Assembly: GCA_026706245.1 (NCBI GenBank)
Contig: JAPOZD010000219.1
Span: forward strand, 1-55,687
Source: Alphaproteobacteria bacterium
GTDB taxonomy: Bacteria > Pseudomonadota > Alphaproteobacteria > Bin95
Direction of reading: 5' to 3'
DNA length: 55,687 nucleotides
A program made the position numbers and the translations under genes. The notes below the pieces were generated by a model that was given only the letters and a program-made list of their open reading frames with translations, was not told the DNA's origin and did not search any database. The stretch's first letter is position 1. Each line of letters begins with the position of its first letter. This document shows positions 32,130 to 40,644 of the stretch, one piece after another.

Positions 32130-33008
32130 GTGACGCTCGCCGTTTCCTTCGAGTTCTTTCCGCCCAAGACGGCGGCGGGTGAGGGCGGCCTCAGGCGCGC
32201 ATTGAATGGCCTGGCGCCGCTCGGGCCCCGTTTCGTGTCGGTCACCTGCGGTGCCGGAGGCGGGGCGGGAGAAAGCGCGCGTGGGCGCACGGCGGCCGTT
32301 GCGGCCCGTATCGCCCGCGAGACGAGGCTCGCCGTGGCCGCGCATCTGACATGCGCTGGCGCGTCGCGGGAGGAGATCGACGACACGGCCCGCGCTTACT
32401 GGCAGGCGGGCCTTCGCCATATCGTGGCTCTGCGCGGCGACCCGCCGTCCGGCATCGGCGAGCGCTACAGGCCGCATCCCGGCGGCTATGCCTATGCTCT
32501 GGACCTTGTCGCCGGTCTGCGCCGCCTGCACGATTTCGAAATCAGCGTCTCCGCCTATCCGGAGGGCCATCCCGATGCACCGGACCCGGCGTTCGAAATC
32601 GACTATCTGAAGCGCAAGCTGGACGCGGGAGCGGCGCGCGCGATCACGCAGTTTTTCTTCGAGACCGATTGTTTTCTCCGGTTCCGGGACAGGTGCGGCA
32701 AGGCCGGGATCGATTGCGAGATCGTTCCGGGCATCCTGCCGATCGGCAATTTCACCCAGGCGAAGCGGTTCGCCGCGCTTTGCGGAACGCGGGTGCCGGC
32801 CTGGCTCGAAGCCCAGTTCGAGGGCCTCGAGGACGACCCGGAGACCCGGCGCATGGTCGCGGCCACGGTCGCGGTCGAACAGTGCCGGCGCCTGGAGGCC
32901 GAGGGCGTGGGAAGCCTCCATTTCTACACGCTCAACCGGCCGGAGCTCACCCGGGCGGTCTGCCACATGCTGGGCGTGCGCCCGAAATTGCGCCGGTCCG
33001 CGGCCTGA
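32130..33008 (+). CDS. metF: 5,10-methylenetetrahydrofolate reductase
   Basis: 292 aa from the GTG at 32130 (GGAGG 7 nt upstream). VSFEFFPPKT, VTCGAGG, AAHLTC and IVALRGDPP motifs. Confidence 0.9.
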   Translation: MTLAVSFEFFPPKTAAGEGGLRRALNGLAPLGPRFVSVTCGAGGGAGESARGRTAAVAARIARETRLAVAAHLTCAGASREEIDDTARAYWQAGLRHIVALRGDPPSGIGERYRPHPGGYAYALDLVAGLRRLHDFEISVSAYPEGHPDAPDPAFEIDYLKRKLDAGAARAITQFFFETDCFLRFRDRCGKAGIDCEIVPGILPIGNFTQAKRFAALCGTRVPAWLEAQFEGLEDDPETRRMVAATVAVEQCRRLEAEGVGSLHFYTLNRPELTRAVCHMLGVRPKLRRSAA

Positions 33009-33014
33009 GCGGAG

Positions 33015-36000
33015 TCACTTCCGGGTCAGCGAAAACTCGATGCGCCGGTTGCGCCGGTAGGCGTCCCGGGTATCCGCCGGGTCGAGAGGGTGGAATTCGC
33101 CGAAGCCGGTGGCGGCTAGCCGCTCGGCGGGCACGCCGGCCTCGACCAGCAGCCTGACCACGGCAACCGCCCGCGCCACCGACAGTTCCCAATTGGTCTT
33201 GTAGCGGGACCTGTCGCGAAGCCGTTGCCGGTCGGTGTGGCCGTCCACGCGCAGCACCCAGTCGAGGTCTTCCGGGATGCGCGCCGCCACATCGGTCAGG
33301 GCCCTGCCGATGCGGCGCACATGCTGCTGTCCGTCCTTGTCGAGATCGGCCGAGCCGCTCAGGAACAGCACTTCGGCCGGCAGGTAGAAGCGATCGTCCT
33401 GGGTCCGCACCAGGTCCTGGCCCGCCAGCGCCTCGCGCAGCTTGCCGACGAATTCCGAGCGGAAGCGGCGCATCTCGTCGATCTTGCGCACCAGCGCGCT
33501 GTTGAGCCGCGCGTCGAGAACCAGCGTCTCCGCTCCCTCGGCCTTCGCCTCCGAAGCCTCCAGCGCCGCGTTGAGCCGCTTCACCTGCTCCTTGAGCGCC
33601 CGGATATTGGCGGCCAGCCGGGCGACTTGGGCTTTCGCCAGCCGCGATTCGGCCTCGGCCTTCTCGGCCTGCGTCCTCAGATACGCCAGGCGGTCCACCT
33701 GTTCGGCCTTCTCCGCCTCGAGCTTCTCCCTCGCCGCCTCGAGCGCCCGGCGAAGCGCCTCCAGCCGCTCGATTTCCCCGATCTGCTCGTCGATCCGCCG
33801 GCGCAGCGCGGCAAGGCGGTCCTCGCTCTCCCGCCCGACGGCGTCCAGGTCGGCCAGCTGGTCCCGGAGGCGGGTGTTCTCGACCGCGAGCTGCATCACA
33901 CGGGTTTCCGCCGCCTCGTAGAGGGCCCGGTCCACCGCATCCGCCGGGCCGGTCTCGCCGCGCACCGCAACGCCGCGCCGCAATTGCAGTTCCTCGCGGG
34001 CTTCGGCGAGGCGCCGGCGCGTGAGGTCGAGCTGCTCGCGGAGCCGCGCGGCGCTTGCGAGCGCTTCCTCCAGCCGGCTTTCCGCGACACGCAGGCCCGC
34101 CTCCCGTTCCCCGGCCGCTTCGGCAAGCGCCGCCTCCAGCCGGGCGGCTTCATTGCGCTGCACATCCCGCCCGCGTTCCGCGGCCGCCAGCCGCTCCGCA
34201 AGCGAGGCTGCGTTCGCTTCCGCCGCCGCGAGCGCTTCCCGGAGCCTCACGGCTTCCGCGGCTTGCGCGTCACGCTCAGCCTCCGCGCTTTCGAGCAGCC
34301 GGGCGCGGGCGGCGGCCTCCGCCCTCGCTTCCGCGAGCGCCTGCCGCAGCGCGGCAAGCTGCCGGTTCGCCGTTTCCTCGAACCGGGCTGTATCCGATTC
34401 CAGCCGCCTGATTTCTTCCCGCCCGGCAGCATGGCCGGCCTCGGCCTGCTTCAGGCTTTCGGCCAGGGCAACGGCCCTCGCCTCGGCGTTGGCAAGCGCT
34501 TCGGTCAGCGCGTCGATCCGCTGCTGCCGGGCAAGACGGGCGATGTCCATATCGACGATCCGGCTCGCGAGGGAGTCGATCTCCTCCTTCGCCGCCGCCA
34601 GCGCGTCTTCCAGGCCGACGATCATCGCGCGGGCGGTTTCCGCGTCGTCGGCAAGCGTCCGCTTCAGGCCTGCGATCTCCCGCTCGCCGGCTGTCAGCCC
34701 GGCTTCGGCTTCGGCGAGGCGCCCGGCAAGGCCCTCCGCCCTTGCCTCGGCCGCCGCCAGCGCCTGTTCCAATGCCGCGATGCGCGATGCCGCCGTCCCG
34801 GACTCCTCCTCCAGCACCCGTTCGAGGCGAGCGATTTCATCCTCCCCGGCCGCTCGCCGGCTCTCCGTATCCCCCAATTGCACGGAGAGGGACGCCGCTT
34901 CCGTTCTGGCTTCGGCCAACGACCGCTCCAGCACCGCCGCCGTCCCGGTTTCCGCTTCCAGGGCCTGCCTCAGCCGCGTGATTTCCTCCGCCCCCGCCGC
35001 GCGCCGGGTCTCGGTGTCGCCGAGCCGTGCGGAGAGGGACGCCGCTTCCGTCCTGGCATCGGCCAGCGCCCGCTCCAGCGCCGCCGCCGTTTCCGACGTC
35101 TCGTCGAGCGCCTGCCTGAGCTTGGCGATTTCGTCCACCGCGGCCGCCCGCCGGCTTTCCGTATCGGCGAGCCGGGCCGAAAGGGAGGCGGCGTTCTCCC
35201 GTTCCCCCTCCAGCGCCCGTTCCAGCACCGCGATGTCCGCGCGCGCGGTCTCAGCCTCCGCAGTCCGAGCGGCTTCCAGCCGGCCGATTTCCTGCCGTGC
35301 CGCGAGACGCCGGTCCTCGGTTTCGGCGAGCGCCGCGCCAAGACGGTCGATTTCCTCCAGCGCCCCGGCCAGAGCCTGCTCCAGGGTCGCAATCCGGGCC
35401 CGCGCCGCCTCCGCTTCCCCGGCGCGCGCGGCTTCCAGCCGGGCGATTTCGTCCTGCCCTGCAAGCCGCCGGCCCTCGATATCGGCAAGCCGCGCCGCCA
35501 GCCGCCCGATCTCCTGCTGCGCGCCGGCCAGCGCCTGTTCCAAAGCCGCGATCCGCGCCTGCGCCGCCCGGGCCTCTCCGGCGCGCGCCGTTTCCAGTTG
35601 CGCAATCTCTTCCCGCCCGGCGTTCCGGTCGGCTTCGGCTTCCGCCAATTGCCGGGAAAGGCGCGCGATTTCGTCCTCGGCTGCCGCCATCTCCGAGCGC
35701 GCGGCATCCGCCTCGGCAAGCCGGCCCGCCTCGGTCTCCTTCAGCCGTCTGGCGAGGCGGTCGATTTCCGCTTCCGCCGCCGCCAGCGCGCGCTCCAGCC
35801 CGGCAATGTCGGATTTCGCCGCATCGGCCTCTTTGGCGCGCGCCGCCTCAAGCCGCGCGATTTCCTGCTGCCCGGCCTCCTGTCCCGCTTCGGCTTCCAC
35901 CAGCCGGCCGGTGAGGCGGCCGATTTCGATTTCCGCCGCCGCCAGCGCCTTCTCCAGCGCGGCGATGTCGGCGGCCGCCGTCTCCGTCTTCTCCGCCAGT

Positions 36001-36914
36001 GCCGTTTTCAGCCGCGCCGCCTCGTCATTCGCCTGGGCGAGCGCGCGGCGGGCCTCGCCCAGCGCGGCCCTGAGCCGTTCCGCCTCGGCAGCCTGCGCGT
36101 CGCCTTCGGTCCGGAGAGCGGCCAGGTCGTCCTCCAGCGCCGCGCGCGCCGCCAAGAGGCCGCGAACCATCCGGTTGAGCTCCGCCAGCTTCTCCGCCTG
36201 CGCGGCCGTCTCCTCCCGGCTCGCCAGCAGGGCGGCGTCGAGGCGCGCGACCTCCCCGGCGCGGCTGGCGGACTCCTGCTGCACCGCCTCGATCCGGGCC
36301 TTGAGGGCGTCGGCCGCCCGCTCGCGCGCGGCGAGCCGTTCGAGATTGGCGGCCAGCAGGCGGCGCGCTTCTTCAAGCGCCCTGTCGGCGTCGCTCTTCT
36401 GCTGCCGCGAGTCGGAGAGCGCCGCCTCCAGCGCATCCCGGCTGCGCTGGAGCGCGATCAGGTTGCGCTCCAGGCGCTCGATTTCGCTTGCCTGGATTTG
36501 CAGCCTGTCCCGGTCGGCGGCCGCGCTGTCCGTCAGCCTCGCGAAATCGTCGCGCAGCAGCAGGACGGTGCCGGCGGCCTGCTCGGCTTCGGCCGTCATC
36601 GTCTCCAGCCGGCCCGCATAGTCGTCGCGCGCCTCGGTGACGATGCGAAGCTCGGCCGTCAGCGCCTCGAGGTCGTCGCGCAGGTCGGCACTGGTCGTCT
36701 GCTCGAGCGCCAGCATCTCGGCGAGCTCGGCGAGCTCGCGGTTCAACCGCGACAGCGCCTCGTCGCGCCCAGAGAGCGCCTCGTTCAGGAAGAACTGCGC
36801 CAGAACGAAGACCATGACCAGGAAGACGACGACCATCAGCAGGCTCGCCAGCGCGTCCACGAAGCCCGGCCAGGTGTTGATGTCCCTTCTGCGTCTGCTC
36901 GTCCTGCCCGCCAT
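33015..36914 (-). CDS. Giant membrane-anchored coiled-coil protein: MotB-like N-terminal TM segment, about 1,100-aa repetitive coiled coil, C-terminal OmpA/MotB peptidoglycan-binding domain
   Basis: 1,299 aa. N-terminus RRRRDINTWPGFVDALASLLMVVVFLVMVF (MotB-plug-like). C-terminus FLSGSADL...VDGHTD...NWELSVARA...NRRIEF (OmpA-like). The region between is Ala/Glu/Arg/Leu-rich with tandem 49-53-aa units. Confidence 0.85.
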   Translation of the reverse strand: MAGRTSRRRRDINTWPGFVDALASLLMVVVFLVMVFVLAQFFLNEALSGRDEALSRLNRELAELAEMLALEQTTSADLRDDLEALTAELRIVTEARDDYAGRLETMTAEAEQAAGTVLLLRDDFARLTDSAAADRDRLQIQASEIERLERNLIALQRSRDALEAALSDSRQQKSDADRALEEARRLLAANLERLAARERAADALKARIEAVQQESASRAGEVARLDAALLASREETAAQAEKLAELNRMVRGLLAARAALEDDLAALRTEGDAQAAEAERLRAALGEARRALAQANDEAARLKTALAEKTETAAADIAALEKALAAAEIEIGRLTGRLVEAEAGQEAGQQEIARLEAARAKEADAAKSDIAGLERALAAAEAEIDRLARRLKETEAGRLAEADAARSEMAAAEDEIARLSRQLAEAEADRNAGREEIAQLETARAGEARAAQARIAALEQALAGAQQEIGRLAARLADIEGRRLAGQDEIARLEAARAGEAEAARARIATLEQALAGALEEIDRLGAALAETEDRRLAARQEIGRLEAARTAEAETARADIAVLERALEGERENAASLSARLADTESRRAAAVDEIAKLRQALDETSETAAALERALADARTEAASLSARLGDTETRRAAGAEEITRLRQALEAETGTAAVLERSLAEARTEAASLSVQLGDTESRRAAGEDEIARLERVLEEESGTAASRIAALEQALAAAEARAEGLAGRLAEAEAGLTAGEREIAGLKRTLADDAETARAMIVGLEDALAAAKEEIDSLASRIVDMDIARLARQQRIDALTEALANAEARAVALAESLKQAEAGHAAGREEIRRLESDTARFEETANRQLAALRQALAEARAEAAARARLLESAEAERDAQAAEAVRLREALAAAEANAASLAERLAAAERGRDVQRNEAARLEAALAEAAGEREAGLRVAESRLEEALASAARLREQLDLTRRRLAEAREELQLRRGVAVRGETGPADAVDRALYEAAETRVMQLAVENTRLRDQLADLDAVGRESEDRLAALRRRIDEQIGEIERLEALRRALEAAREKLEAEKAEQVDRLAYLRTQAEKAEAESRLAKAQVARLAANIRALKEQVKRLNAALEASEAKAEGAETLVLDARLNSALVRKIDEMRRFRSEFVGKLREALAGQDLVRTQDDRFYLPAEVLFLSGSADLDKDGQQHVRRIGRALTDVAARIPEDLDWVLRVDGHTDRQRLRDRSRYKTNWELSVARAVAVVRLLVEAGVPAERLAATGFGEFHPLDPADTRDAYRRNRRIEFSLTRK
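34367..35984 (-). repeat. In-frame tandem coding repeats (about 147-159 nt units) inside the giant coiled-coil gene
   Basis: At least 10 consecutive related units between residues about 311 and 850. For example, TAAALERALADARTEAASLSARLGDTETRRAAGAEEITRLRQALEAETG is followed by TAAVLERSLAEARTEAASLSVQLGDTESRRAAGEDEIARLERVLEEESG. The DNA-level similarity is visible around 34860-35230. Confidence 0.75.
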
Positions 36915-36944
36915 GTCTATGCCGGTTGCCGCGGTCCTCCCGGA

Positions 36945-37721
36945 TCAGAGGCCCAGAATGTCGCGCATGGAGTAGAGGCCGGGGGGCTTGCCCGCCGACC
37001 AGCGCACCGCGCGGAGCGCGCCGCGCGCGAACAGCGAGCGGTCCATGCAGCGATGGGTCAATTCGAGCCGCTCGCCCTCGGCGACGAACATGACCGTGTG
37101 CTCGCCCACCACATTGCCGCCGCGCAGGGTGGCGAAGCCGATATCGCCCGCGCGCCGCGCGCCGGTGTGGCCCTCGCGGCTCCATTGCGCGACCCCGTCC
37201 AGATCGGTGCCGCGCCCGGCCGCCGCCGCCCGGCCGAGGCCGACGGCCGTGCCTGAGGGCGCATCGACCTTGTGCTTGTGGTGGATCTCGAAGATTTCGA
37301 TGTCATATTCCTCGCCAAGCAGGCCCGCCATGCGCTCGACGGTTGCGAACAGCGCGTTCACGGTCACGCTCATATTGGGCGCATAGACGATCGGCAGGGC
37401 CTCCGCCGCCTTGGCGAGCGCCGCCTCCTGCCCGGCGTCGAGGCCGGTGGTGCCGATGACATGGCGCGTGCCGGCCGCGGCCGCCATCGCGACATGCTCG
37501 ACGGTCGGGCCGGGCAGGGTGAATTCGATCGCCGCGTCGGCCGCCTCGAACACCGCCGCCGCGTCATCCCCTATGGCGACGCCCCCGCCGAGGTCGCGCC
37601 CGAGCGCGGGATGGCCCGGCGCCTCGCAGGCCGCGGCGAGCTCCAGGTCATCCGCCGCGCGCACGAGTTCCACCAGCAGCCCGCCCATGCGCCCGCCGGC
37701 TCCGATGATGCCTATCCGCAT
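36945..37721 (-). CDS. dapB: 4-hydroxy-tetrahydrodipicolinate reductase
   Basis: 258 aa from the ATG at 37721-37719. IGIIGAGGRMG and EIHHKHKVDAPSGTA motifs. Confidence 0.95.
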   Translation of the reverse strand: MRIGIIGAGGRMGGLLVELVRAADDLELAAACEAPGHPALGRDLGGGVAIGDDAAAVFEAADAAIEFTLPGPTVEHVAMAAAAGTRHVIGTTGLDAGQEAALAKAAEALPIVYAPNMSVTVNALFATVERMAGLLGEEYDIEIFEIHHKHKVDAPSGTAVGLGRAAAAGRGTDLDGVAQWSREGHTGARRAGDIGFATLRGGNVVGEHTVMFVAEGERLELTHRCMDRSLFARGALRAVRWSAGKPPGLYSMRDILGL

Positions 37722-37778
37722 TTCCTTGCCTCCGGCTCTTGCGGCCATGGGCCTGCATGTAGCATGAAACGGCCCGAA

Positions 37779-38546
37779 ATGACCGAAACTCGTATCTATG
37801 TCCTCGGCAACGAGAAGGGCGGCACCGGCAAGTCCACGGTGGCGTTCAATCTCGTCGTCGGCCTGCTGCGCGCCGGCAAATCCGTCGGCTGCATCGACCT
37901 CGACCCGCGCCAGGCGACGCTTTCGCGCCAGGTCGAGAACCGCCGCGCCTATGCGGAACGCACCGGAACCGCGCTGCCGCTGCCGGAGGTCGAGATCGCC
38001 GACGGGCCGGAGGTGCTGGACGAGGCGCTGGAGGCACTCGCCGCGCGCCGCGATGCCGTGGTGGTCGACACCCCGGGCCGGCCCGACCCGGCCGCCCAGC
38101 GCGCCCATGCCCATGCGGATGTGCTCATCACGCCGCTCAACGACAGCCATGTCGATCTGGACCTGATCGGGCGGCTGGACCCCGGCGCCCGCTCCTCGGC
38201 GCGGCCGGGCGTCTATGCCGAACTGGTCTGGAAGCAGCGCATGGTGCGCGCCGGGGCGGGCCGCAAGGCGCTCGACTGGATCGTGATGCTGAACCGGGTG
38301 CGTCAGGTCGATTCGCACAATACGCGCGAAGTCCGCAGCCTTCTGCAGGACCTCGCCAGGCGCTTCGCCTTCGACATCGCGCCCGGCTTCGGCGAGCGCA
38401 CGATCTTCCGCGAGATGTTCCCGGACGGGCTCGGGCTGATGGACCTGCGCCAGCCGGGCATCGAACGCGCACTCTCCATGAGCCATGTGGCCGGGCGCAA
38501 CGAGGTGCGCCGGCTGCTCGACATGCTGGGCGTGCCGCCGATCTGA
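37779..38546 (+). CDS. mipZ: Division-plane positioning ATPase MipZ (ParA/MinD superfamily)
   Basis: 255 aa from the ATG at 37779 (alternative ATG at 37764). GNEKGGTGKST deviant Walker A. Collinear with Caulobacter MipZ as recalled (IDLDPRQ, ENRRA, DTPG, TPLNDSHVDLDLIG, DW.V..NR, R.IFRE.FP.GL...DL). Confidence 0.85.
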   Translation: MTETRIYVLGNEKGGTGKSTVAFNLVVGLLRAGKSVGCIDLDPRQATLSRQVENRRAYAERTGTALPLPEVEIADGPEVLDEALEALAARRDAVVVDTPGRPDPAAQRAHAHADVLITPLNDSHVDLDLIGRLDPGARSSARPGVYAELVWKQRMVRAGAGRKALDWIVMLNRVRQVDSHNTREVRSLLQDLARRFAFDIAPGFGERTIFREMFPDGLGLMDLRQPGIERALSMSHVAGRNEVRRLLDMLGVPPI

Positions 38547-38562
38547 CGCGGATACTGCCGCC

Positions 38563-39447
38563 TCAGCCGCCGTCGCGGTGCCAGGCCTCCCGGTCGAAGA
38601 CCACATGGTCGCCGAAGAAGTGGACCGCCCGGTCGAGGCCGCGAATGTCCGCCGCCGCATAGCGCCGGCTCGGGCCGTCGAGCTTTTCCGCGCGGGCGCG
38701 CCCGTCCACCCAGGGCTCGGCGGATTGCAGCGTGCTCTGCCGCTGCACCACGTCCCAGATGTAGTAGTGGTGCGGGATGACGACACGGGGCCGGAGCGTC
38801 TCGATGATGTGCTCCACCATGGCGAAGCCCATGACATGCTGCGAGCCGTCCACGGGCAGGAGGGCTATGTCGATGCGCCCGAGCGCCTCCCAGACCTCAG
38901 GCGGCGGGTTGTGGCGGTTGTCGCCCCAGTGGAGGATGCGCAGCCCCCCGGTCTCGACCGTGATGAGGCAGTTGTCCCAGGAGCGCGGGTTATCCGGCGG
39001 CTCGATGTTCGCGCCGCCGAACGCCCGGTGGATCTTCTTGAAGTCGTAGAGCGCGGCGCTCGAGTCGGTGGCGTGCTTGTCGGCAATGCCGCGAATGGCG
39101 ATATCGGCGAACTCGTAGCGCCCGATCGGCCGGTCGAGCAGCACATGCGCGTCCAGCCGGTGCAGCGCGTCGTGGTCGAAATGCGCGTGGGTGGACGCGC
39201 CGATATCCACTGCCGTCACCGGGAAGTCGCGGAAATACCAGTCCCAGCGGCGCGAGGGGTGGTTGCGCCAGGGATCGACCATGACGCTCACCCCCTTCGG
39301 CGAGGTGATCCGGAAGGCGGAGCTGCCGAAATAGGCGATCTCGACCGGCCCCTCGCGCGCCGGCGAGCGGTTGGCCTGCAACTCGATCATCCGGTTGTGG
39401 TTGCTCGTCATCTGCCAGGCCGTCAGGCCCGTGTCGAGTTCGGTCAT
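38563..39447 (-). CDS. MBL-fold metallo-hydrolase
   Basis: 294 aa. HAHFDHD (HxHxDH) metal motif. Lies 15 nt downstream of the gentisate dioxygenase-like gene on the same strand. Confidence 0.75.
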   Translation of the reverse strand: MTELDTGLTAWQMTSNHNRMIELQANRSPAREGPVEIAYFGSSAFRITSPKGVSVMVDPWRNHPSRRWDWYFRDFPVTAVDIGASTHAHFDHDALHRLDAHVLLDRPIGRYEFADIAIRGIADKHATDSSAALYDFKKIHRAFGGANIEPPDNPRSWDNCLITVETGGLRILHWGDNRHNPPPEVWEALGRIDIALLPVDGSQHVMGFAMVEHIIETLRPRVVIPHHYYIWDVVQRQSTLQSAEPWVDGRARAEKLDGPSRRYAAADIRGLDRAVHFFGDHVVFDREAWHRDGG

Positions 39448-39461
39448 CCTCCGTCCCCCGC

Positions 39462-40529
39462 TCAGGCGTTGCCGCGGTCCTCGCGCCAGAGGCCGAGCTT
39501 TTCCTGCACGACGCGGTCCGAGAAGCTGAACAGCACGGCGTCCTCGGCGGCGCTGTGCCTCACGCCGTGCCAGCTCGGCGCAACGAAAATGTCGCGCGGC
39601 CCCCAGGAGAACACCGCCTCATCGCCGATGCGGGTCTTGCCGCTTCCCTCGACCACGGCGAACACCGCCGCATCGGTCGCGCGGTAGCTTGCGGTCTCGA
39701 AGCCGGCCGGCAGCAATTGCAGATGCGCGGCGATGGTGGGCATGGCGTAGCCGCCGTCCACCGGGTTGGCGTAGCGCAGCTTCAGGCCGTGGCAGGGGTC
39801 CCAGGCCTCCTGCCGGCGCATCGCCTCCAGCGCTTCGCGCGAGCGGGCATAGGGGTAGTTGAACACCGGCGAGGCCAGCGAGCCCGGCTCGTGGTCCACC
39901 GGCAGCAGCCCCTGGCCGTAGCGGGCGAGGCTGTCGCCCTCGGGGCGCGAGAGCGGCTGGCGGTCGTCGCCGAGCCGTTCGGCGAAGGAGGCGTCGAAGA
40001 ACTGCACCATCGGGATATCGAGCCCGTCCAGCCAGATCATCGCCCGGTCGGAGTCGTTGCCGTGGTCGTGCCAGGTCCAGTGGGGCGTGATGACGAAATC
40101 GCCCTCCGCCATGGTCGTCCGCTCGCCCTCGACCGCCGTGTAGGCGCCTTCACCCTCCACCACGAAACGCAGCGCCGACTGGCTGTGGCGGTGCGCGGGC
40201 GCGACCTCGCCGGGAAGCACAAGCTGCAGCCCGGCATAGAGCGAGGTAGTGATGCGCGAGGTGCCCCTGAGCCCCGGATTTTCCAGCACCAGCACGCGCC
40301 GCTCGGCCTCCTCGGCGCTGATGATGCCGCCCGATTCCATGACCGGGCCGCGCACCTCGTCCCAGCGCCAGAGCGCCGGGCGGCAGGCGCTGGCGGGCTC
40401 GGGCGTGATCAGCCCGGCCATGACCTCCCAGAGCGGCGCCAGGTTCCGCGCCCCGATCTCCTCGTAGAACGCCGCCCGCTCCGTCATCGCCGCCTCCGCC
40501 ATAGCCACCGCACCATAGCCCGTCGGCAA
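39462..40529 (-). CDS. Gentisate 1,2-dioxygenase-like bicupin
   Basis: 355 aa (alternative internal starts at 40502 and 40487). NLAPLWEV, GEVAPAHRHSQSALRFVVEG and DGLD motifs typical of gentisate 1,2-dioxygenases. Confidence 0.8.
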   Translation of the reverse strand: MPTGYGAVAMAEAAMTERAAFYEEIGARNLAPLWEVMAGLITPEPASACRPALWRWDEVRGPVMESGGIISAEEAERRVLVLENPGLRGTSRITTSLYAGLQLVLPGEVAPAHRHSQSALRFVVEGEGAYTAVEGERTTMAEGDFVITPHWTWHDHGNDSDRAMIWLDGLDIPMVQFFDASFAERLGDDRQPLSRPEGDSLARYGQGLLPVDHEPGSLASPVFNYPYARSREALEAMRRQEAWDPCHGLKLRYANPVDGGYAMPTIAAHLQLLPAGFETASYRATDAAVFAVVEGSGKTRIGDEAVFSWGPRDIFVAPSWHGVRHSAAEDAVLFSFSDRVVQEKLGLWREDRGNA

Positions 40530-40644
40530 CCGATTCCGAAGGACCGAACAGGGAGGTTACGGCATGCGAATCGGGTATAATACGCTCGCTCTTGCATTTT
40601 CCGGCGGAACGATGGCGGCGGGGTCCGTCGCGTTGGGAGGAATC

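Noticed and set aside
34367-35984. Tandem ~150-nt DNA repeats considered as a possible CRISPR array or satellite
   Set aside because: The units are contiguous with no unique spacers, are in frame, and encode related 49-53-aa coiled-coil modules. They are coding repeats, not a CRISPR array. No cas genes are in the window.
33225-37256. 1,343-aa plus-strand ORF and the 866-aa Ser/Ala-rich ORF (34021-36621) opposite the giant coiled-coil gene
   Set aside because: The repetitive GAG/GCC/CGC-type codons of the minus-strand coiled-coil gene leave several frames open. Only the minus-strand frame yields a TM segment, heptad-like repeats and an OmpA domain. The plus-strand products are low-complexity.
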